Under the pieces are notes generated by a model. It was not told the DNA's origin. It searched no databases and saw nothing but the letters and a program-made list of their open reading frames with translations. A stretch of DNA of 64,000 nucleotides from the human T2T-CHM13v2.0 reference genome, Homo sapiens. Positions 53,280 to 64,000 of this stretch are shown here, piece after piece (position 1 is the first letter of the stretch; every line of letters begins with the position of its first letter). The position numbers and the translations under genes are program-made. Location of the stretch: the NCBI RefSeq assembly GCF_009914755.1, contig NC_060931.1, one strand, 5' to 3'.

Positions 53280-54720
53280 GCGGCGTGGCTGTTGAAAGAA
53301 GCACAAACCCGTCACTCGCCCTGAACTTCCTGGGGGGCACTGGCTGCATTTTCCAGATACGTTCCCATCATCAGCTCTCCGCTTTCCCTCCACGGACCCG
53401 CACCTCCCTCTCGAAAAGAAAACAGAAAGACGCACAAACCCTCCTGCAGCCCAAACTCCCCACACAGGTTCATCGCCCTACCCGGAAACGCAGCCTCGGG
53501 TGCGCAGCGCAGGGCGAAGGCCTGGCCGGCAGCGCTGGCGGCTGCGGCCTCGCCGTCCCGGGCGGGCGCGCGGAAACGGAGCGCAGAGCGCGGCGGGCAC
53601 CGCCGGGCTCCGGGACTACGGAGGTGCCGCTCCCGCCGGCTGCTGGCCCACGCCGCGCCCTCCCGCTACGCACGTGCGTTGGGGTCTCCCTGGCGGAGAC
53701 CCCGTCCCCACAACCAAGTGCGCCCAACTTACTCAACTCTTAGGGCGGGCCGGCGGGCGGGCGGAAGGAAGGAAGGCAGGCCGGGCGGCCGCGGGGACAG
53801 CCTGGCGTGGGAGGCGGCTGCGGGCCCCACCTGGCGCAGCCTCCGCTGACCACGCGGGGGAACCCGGACTCGGGCCCGACGCGCTCCCAAAGAGTCCCCG
53901 CCGGCGCTGACGCGGAAGCGCCACAGCTCACCACGTCCCTCCGCGGGCCGAGACGACTGCGGCGGCGGCTCACGGCGTCCTCCGCGCTGTGTGGCTAGGC
54001 GGGAGGCGCGCGGGCGGAGGCAGTTGACAGGAGGAACCGCCCGGCAGCAGCTGCCGCCGCCACCACCGAAGGAGCCGGAACCGGAGCGGGCAGGACCTGA
54101 GGCTTCCCTCGCCGGGGCAACGGCTGCCGCCGCAACCCGGGTCCCACCAGCGCCGCTCCACCTGCAACGGTCCCTCAGGCTTTAGGAGAGGGGCGGAGGA
54201 AAATGGGGGTCTCCCCCCACCTTGGGCCTTTTCGGTGGTAGTTGTTGTTTCAGGAAACTTTATTAAGTCAGCCTCTCTTTTTCTCTGTCGCCCCCTCCTC
54301 CGGAGAGCCCGAGCTACCGCCGCGGAGCGCGTAGGAAGGGGGAAGCAGAGACTCTCCGGCAGCGACAGGGAGCGACTGACTGACCCCGGACGGAGATGGG
54401 GCGAGGGCAGGAAGTGACAAGCTCACCGAGTGGGTGGGGGGAGTGTGGCCGGCACGCCCGGGAGCGCCGCGCGCATGCGCCCGGCCGGCGCCCCCGCCTG
54501 TGGGTAGGCGACGCGCTGTGCCCGCCGCGGCCGGTGGGGAGGGGACCGGGGCCGCCGGCGCGAGGGCCGTGTCCGAGGGGAGGGAACCGGGGCGGGGGAC
54601 ACCAGGGCCGCGGCCGGAGTCTCGGGCCGACCGAGAGCCGAAGCCCAAAGTGAGGTGTGAGGCCCGCGATGCGGCGTGCGCGCCCACGGAGACGGGCTGC
54701 TCGGCCACCAAACTGTTGCT
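53280..54720. promoter_or_regulatory. CpG island / ZNF800 promoter
   Basis: Very high GC and CpG density; perfect NRF1 palindrome GCGCATGCGC 54471-54480; ETS/GABP CAGGAAGTG 54408-54416; GC box GGGGCGGGG 54589-54597; E-box CACGTG 53671-53676; no TATA box. Confidence 0.92.
53733..54390 (-). other. ZNF800: ZNF800 exon 1 (non-coding, GC-rich 5'UTR; upper boundary approximate)
   Basis: Minus-strand donor TGA|GTAAGT with GT at 53732-53731; lies inside the CpG island; no minus-strand ATG in this interval. Confidence 0.75.
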
Positions 54721-55432
54721 CTCGCTGTTCTCTGTTCAGTGGAACTGAAACTCGGGGAGGGTTGGGAGAGGACTTAGGAAGCGGTGGGCAGATGTATGAG
54801 CCATAAGTAGTGATGATCCCCAAAAGGCTGTCAGTGCATTGCTAAATGGCAAAAGTTGAACATTTTTTTCCTGCCAACAATTTTCGAAGCATGCCTCCCG
54901 GAACTTGGGGATTCTTTTATCAGGCCCAAGGGAGGGAAAGCATCTATTGGTAGCAGATGGGTATTTATCCTGGCAGCTCCGCTTCTCAAACTTGAAAGTG
55001 GAGTTGGGTCACGTGGGCTCACGCACTTTCCCTCCTCTTCTGCGCCCCGATCCTGCTTGGAAAATCCTCGAAGATCCCAGTCATCTGTCAAATTCTGCCA
55101 ACCAAGGGCCGCTTCTTGGGGGCGAGAGAGCCGCCTCCGTTGTTTCCTCCCAGCTCCTGGAACGTAATTCTTGCTCTTGGTGACATCAAGCAAATATGTG
55201 TCCACCGCCCGTCAGGAAATTTTAAGAGAATAAAGCCCATTCGCCTTGTCTCCGATCCTCCCCAAGATCCACTGAAAACCTTTCCAGTTGGTCCAACTTA
55301 AGCTGCCATTGTGCGGGGTCCTGAAAAAACTGAAGTTCAGTAGATAGACTTTGTTTAGAAGAGAAAAAGTTCAGTTTTCAAAATCCAAAGGAAAGTTTGT
55401 AAATTGATACATTTGTTACTTTAAAAATGTTG

Positions 55433-55661
55433 GGCCAGGCGCAGTGGCTGGTGTTTGTAATCCCAGCACTTCGGGAGGTCAAAGCGGGAGGATCGCTTAA
55501 GCCCAGGAGTTAGAGACCAGCCTGGCAACATGGCAAAACGCCCTCTCAACCAAATAAAAAAAAATTTGCCGGGCAGGATGGCGCGTGCCTGTGGTCCCAG
55601 CTACGGGAGAGGCGGGGGCGGGGGGCGGGATGGCTTGGGTCCAGGAGGTGAAGCGTTTGCA
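55433..55661 (+). mobile_element. AluJ-like, 3' end lost
   Basis: Left arm, linker and partial right arm; no A tail. Confidence 0.8.
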
Positions 55662-56378
55662 TTAGGTCTCCGGGGATTGCAGCAGCTTGATTCTAGGGGA
55701 TGACAAGAAAGGGATAGAAACGTGATCTTTAACTAGTCACATAAGTGGTATGATCATATATATCTGTCCCATAGTTAAGAGGCATCACCCAACGTGAAAC
55801 TAAAATATGAAATGCCACAGTTTATAAATTAATGTAAAATAAGTTATGATACTTCTGTGATAGTGTTTGTTATGCAGCCAATAAAAATCACATTTTATAT
55901 AAAATTTAGTTGTATGGAATATGCTTAAGCAACAAAAAAGAAGTATTTTGAAATGTGATATTTTAACAGTGGGCTGTAACAGTGCAATTATGAATGATTT
56001 TTATTTTCTTTATTCTTTTGTATACTTTGCAAAATTTGTAAATTAAGTATATAAAACTTTAATAAGCAGAAAAATTTTGAAACGCAGTAAGAAGGCTGTA
56101 ATAATATGAAAATGGTATACACTAATAAAGCTCAATGTCACTCCAAAAAATGCAGTGAAAAAAGACTGAAAGAAACATGCAAATATCTACACTGGAGACC
56201 TCTGCGTGGTAAAATGTGAGGTAAAATATTTTCTGCATTTTCAGAGGATCTTTTCCTACTTTTATGTAATAAACATATTTATCATAGGCTTAAAAATGAA
56301 TATGCAAGTCTAAATTGTTCTAACCCTGAAAAAGCTTTGCTTCAGATATATCAGTTGTTTGCTGACCAGGTGTGAGGG

Positions 56379-56409
<31 letters not shown>

Positions 56410-56610
56410 ACACAAAAGTATGTTTTGTGAGCAAATGTAGTGTTATTTATATTCGAATGCAAAGTGGTCAGTACCAGAGGGTCCTCAAAATTGCTTGCTA
56501 ACAGAGTAAGTTTAGACAATCTTTGAAAAATTAGAATTAGAGTCAAGATGAAATGTGCATGTCGGTAAAACAAATATTAAACATATCTGTATAAAAACGA
56601 AATAATCCAA

Positions 56611-56732
56611 TTGAACCTGGGAGGCGGAGGTTGCAGTGAGCCGAGATCACGCCACTGCACTCTAGCCTGGCAACAGAGTAAGACTCTGTCTCAAAAAAAA
56701 AAGAAAGAAAGAAAGAAAAAAGAAAAGAAAGA
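56611..56732 (+). mobile_element. 5'-truncated Alu right-arm fragment with (GAAA)n tail
   Basis: ttgaacctgggaggcggaggttgcagtgagccgag...ctcaaaa. Confidence 0.85.
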
Positions 56733-56976
56733 ATCATAAAAATTGAGACCCAGAGAGATTAAGTAATGTGCTAGTCAGTAGGAACTTGGGGTCAGGACCT
56801 AGATTACTCCCTACTATAATTAACAGTACTACTATTTGACATGTATTGAGGAGTTAATATTTTTTAAACTCCATATTAGCTCATTTAATCCTATCAACAA
56901 TTTAATGAGGTTTTGCTGTCCTTCCATTCTGCAGGTGGGAAAACTGAGGTAAAGAGAGTTTAGATGACTTAACAAG

Positions 56977-57336
56977 TGATATGGTTTGGCTGTGTCCCCA
57001 CCCACATCTCATCTTGAATTGTTGTCCCTGTAATCCCCACGTGTTGTGGGAGGGACCCAGTGGGAGGTAATTGAATCATGGGGGTGGTTTCCCTCATGCT
57101 GTTCTCCTGATAGTGAATTCTCATGAGATCTGATGGTTTTATAAGCATCTGGCATTTCCCCTGCTGGCACTCATTCTCTCTCCTGCTGCCCTGTGAAGAG
57201 GTGATTTCTGCCATGATTGTAAGTTTCTTGAGGCCTCCCCAGCCACGCAGAACTATGAGTCAATTAAACCTCTTTTCTTTATAAACCACCCAGTCTCAGG
57301 TATTTCCTTATAGCAATGTGAGAATGGACTAATACA
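56977..57336 (+). mobile_element. THE1 (THE1D-like) solo LTR inserted in a MIR
   Basis: tgatatggtttggctgtgtcccc...ggactaataca termini; flanks acaag/ccaag; MIR halves on both sides. Confidence 0.9.
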
Positions 57337-57854
57337 CCAAGCTGATAGGTAGCTGAGCCATCATTTGACCCCAAGCAGTTTGGCTCTGGAACTCATGAAC
57401 TTAGCCATCACACTGTACTGTCTACACTATGCTACCTTCACTATGCCATAGCTGTTTTGGTTCACATTGTATGTGAAAGACGAGCCAGTAGATCCTGCCA
57501 GTTGTGAAAGGTATTGCATATTAAAATGCTATGTGCAAGTTCATGAACTGGAAATGAGTTGCCAAATTACAAGAATTTAATTGAAATTTCACAGGGCTCT
57601 AGAACTTAAAGGAACCTTAGACATCATCTGAGTTATCACCCTACCTCTAAAAACAATGCACACAAACTATCCCAAAAAAATTATCTGCCTTCCCTTTCGT
57701 TGTTCACTGCAGCAACCTAGGTGACACATTACTTTTTTATCCTTAAAAGTCTAGAAGTACATCATAATGGTTCATGTAAATCCATTTTATAGTTTAAAAT
57801 TCTCTCATCCTCAGTGAGAGGACACTATCTCTCATACATACATACACATATACA

Positions 57855-58335
57855 GTATATTATTGCTGCATAGCCAGCCAGAATTGGTGGCTTAAAGTCA
57901 TTTTATGTGCTCTCAATTCTGAAGATTAGTAATTTGGGCTGGCCTTGTCTAGAGTCACCCATGCAGATGCTACAGTCAACTAGCGGCTTGACTGGGTACT
58001 GTCACATGGTATTTGGTGTTGGCTGTTGGCTAGACCTCTCTTCTTGTAGCCTTTCAACCTCAAGGAGACTAGCCTGGGTTTCCTCATGCAGTGGCAGCAT
58101 GCCAAGCCAGTAGAGAGTAGAAATTACAAGATTTCTTGAGGCCCTCAGTTCAGAATGTATATGACATCACTTTCACTACATTTTGTTAGTCAAGTCAAAG
58201 AGCCAGCATAAATTCAGGAAGTAGAGACTTAGACTTGCCTCTTGCTGGGAGAAGCAGCAAAATCACATTGCAAAAGGATATGCATTCAGGAATGGGAGGA
58301 ATTATTGTGATGATTTTCACATTTAATCTATCACA
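57855..58335 (-). mobile_element. MLT1 solo LTR
   Basis: tattgctgcata...gtggcttaaa is the reverse complement of the MLT1 3' end. Confidence 0.7.
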
Positions 58336-58500
58336 ATATATACTTATTTTGAAAATGATACTAGCTAATTAAAGCCACTGATTTTTTTTTAATGCTTTAA
58401 GAACAGTAAAACAAGGAAACACTAGTCAGACTTATTCTTTCAACTGACTGAGTCCATTTGATGGCCTTCTATAAATTTTGGTGATTCCTTAAGTTTTCTT

Positions 58501-59998
<1,498 letters not shown>

Positions 59999-61699
59999 TC
60001 AATCTTAGTTTTCCATCTATTCTAAGCAGATCCCACTAAAACACAGCATAAGAACCTAACATCAAGTAGAAGCAATTATAGTTCCTAAAGTTCCTATGTA
60101 CTCTGGTCCAGATTTTGACAGCTTTGATTATGATGTGGCATTTTACCACACATAACTAAATCCAAAATGATGCAGAAACCAAATTATGAGCCAAGATAGG
60201 GTCTGAGATTGTAGAAAGTGTCAGGGAAAAATTGATTTAGAAGGACAAATATTAAATTGTTGATCTATTATCAATTATGTAGAACATAACACCTAAGTAT
60301 TTTGCAAACAACATAACATGAAAAACGAAGATAATCCTTTCCCTAAAATGCTTGTTTTAAGGAGGGTAGGGAGTGAATATAACTGAGTTGCTACCCTGGA
60401 GGTAAGCTGCCTACTGGAGAACTGCTGACATGGCTTTGTATCTTCCATTCCCTGTGCTAAAGGCACTCAGAGGTCTTGCCTACCAAATGACACAATGATG
60501 CATGCAGCATGCTGCCTTGTGGCTATCAAACCATACCTTACAGATCTTTCATTTAAATGCATTTCATGTAGCATTTAAGCGAATTCCATGGGGGAAAAAA
60601 GGGGCTTTTGTTATAGTAAGTTAGCTATTACAATAATAATAAAAATATTAGCTGTATTGCAATCTAATAATAGCTAATGATAATTTTGTCACTTACTGAA
60701 CTCAGACAGCATGCTAAGTGCTGTTTATTTTTCCATCAAATCCTTACAAAGATCCTGGGTTAGATATTATCCCATTTTACCAATAAGGAAACAGACAATG
60801 AGTGTCTGAGCTAGACCTAGATCTTTAAACCTAAATCTGTCTGAGACCAGAGCCTGTGCTTCCAGTTACATATATATTCTGATGATTCCTAAAGTTTTAT
60901 CTCCAGGTCAGACCTGTTTCTAGAGCCTCTAAATTCTGTTTGTAACTGTCCATAAGACAGACCATCTAAATTTCCCCAGGCATGTCAAAAGTAGCCAGAC
61001 CAAAACTGAATTTATCTTCTCACCAAACCTGTTCTTCCTCTTCCAGATTTTGGTAACAGTGTTGCTATCGATTCGGGCACCCAAGGTAGAAGCCTTGGAG
61101 TTATAGAGAGGAGCATCTGCAAAGATGCAAAGTAATGAAAATTACCTGTGTACAAGGTTTCTCTTCTCACGTATCCCCAACATCTAACCTGGAACCATTA
61201 GCTATTGGTTATACTTCAAAAAGGCCTAAGAAATATGGAGAGTTTCCTCTCTCCATATGCACCATCAGTCTTCTAGTCCCAAACCTCACCTCTGAACCAT
61301 TGCCATAAACACCTCTGTGCTCTCCCTACCACTGATCTCCGCCTCACTCCAATATTCCACACTATCAACAGAATTATAGTCCAAACAAACCTGACGTTAC
61401 GCTGCACTTCAAAATCCCTTTTGACTGCCAACTGCACAGACTAATAAGTCAAATCATCAAAAAGCATTAGTACAAAGATTGTATTTTGGAGTCAGAAAAA
61501 ATCGGAGCATCCTATCTCCATCACTCACAAGTTTTATGACTCTAGTGAGACCCTCTCTTGAGAAATCAGTTAATGAAGAAAGCACTCAGCAGGACCTAAA
61601 ATAGAGTACGCACAAAAAAAATACTATTAAACCTGGTCCTGCCACAACCTCACACACTTTATGTTCCAAACACACTAGATTTCTTACCCCGTGCGGAAA

Positions 61700-62770
61700 T
61701 TCAACAAAGCAAAAATAAACTGGGTGGGGAGGGAGTATGGGACACAGGAGAATTTTGGGGGAAGATAATAGAGCTGTTGGTTACATAAGTATATCCATTT
61801 GTTAAAATTGGACCACTAACATTTTTCAATGTAAGCAAATTTAGCTTTAAAAAATGTAAAAAGTAATAGAGTGGGAGTGGATATGGGTGGCTATATAGAT
61901 GATACAAGAATGGCAGAATGTTGATAACAGTCGAAGCTGTGTGATAAGTACAGGAAGATTTATTATACTATTCTGTTTATTTTGCATATGTTTAAATTTT
62001 TCTGTAAGTTAAAAAATATGAAAATATGTTAAAACTTACTAACAAAGAAATGCAAATTAAAATCACAATGAGATACCACTATATACCCAGCAGAATGGCT
62101 AAAATTAAAGACAATTCCAAATGCTGATTTGGAAATCCCATTGAGAGGATGTGGAACAATGCAAACACTCATAAATTGCTGATGAGAGTGTACAAAACTG
62201 TTTTGACATTATCTACTAAATGTGAAGATGCCACTATCTTTTGACCCAGTAATTTTACTCCTAAGGTATATATCACACCAGAAATGTATGCACATAAACA
62301 CCAAAAAACAGGTACAATAACCTTCACAGAAACTTTATTGATGACATCCAAAAACTAGTAACATTTCAAACGTTCTTCAACTGAATGGATAAATTATGTT
62401 AAGTTTATACACTGGAATATGATCAATGAAAATGCAAGAGTATGGCTACACAAAACAATGGATGAAATCTTAAAAAAACCAATGTGGAATAAAAGAAGTT
62501 AAACACAAAATATGCAGATAATGTATAATTCTACACATAGACTATATGATTCCACAAAACTAATGAATGGTTTTATTCCTGTGAGGAAGAAGAAAGTGGC
62601 AGTAATTGATTGGAAAAGATCACAAGAAATGCTTCTGGGTAATTGGTGATGTTCTACTCCAATAGCTGTGTGATGGTGCCATGTTCATTTTATGGTAAAT
62701 CATTGAGCTGTCATATGTGATTGTGCATAATTCTCTGTATGTTTTATACCTGTTAAAATGTTTAACTAAA
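61700..62770 (+). mobile_element. Old L1M 3' fragments
   Basis: gaaatgcaaattaaaatcacaatgagataccac and L1M 3'UTR motifs. Confidence 0.7.
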
Positions 62771-62792
62771 TAGTGTTTGGAAATGCATTTCT

Positions 62793-63860
<1,068 letters not shown>

Positions 63861-64000
63861 TCAGAATAGTGTCTTATACCACATGCAAAGTGGTATATCA
63901 CTAGAAGGTAGACTACCTTCTATAACTCCAAAGCAACTATTAAAATAATAGAAGAATAGTTACCTTTGGAGGAAGAGAAGTGGTATTGAGTGGAGAGGTA

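Noticed and set aside
53247-55301. Many overlapping 60-170 aa ORFs on both strands
   Set aside because: Expected in GC-rich, stop-poor CpG-island DNA; mostly non-ATG starts and no domains.

Overview
Primate (human-like) genomic DNA containing the complete coding structure of ZNF800 on the minus strand (human 7q31.33 by recognition of the protein). The CpG-island promoter and exon 1 lie at ~53.3-54.7 kb. Coding segments are 53230-53170, 47841-47746, 39011-38868, 36716-35024 and one base at 33497, totalling 1995 nt (664 aa plus stop). The stop codon is split by the last intron (TG|A), so the C-terminus depends on the splice choice. The ~1.5-1.8 kb 3'UTR carries many miRNA seed matches. Downstream lie an orphan CpG island (~9.26-9.9 kb) with a good minus-strand 3' splice site and an LTR-derived poly(A) signal, and a repeat-poor block (11.7-17 kb) with a chain of well-flanked minus-strand candidate exons that may be a decayed gene. 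The rest is Alu, L1, L2, MIR, LTR, DNA-transposon and microsatellite sequence. No tRNA, rRNA or CRISPR features were seen. Repeat subfamily calls are by eye and approximate.
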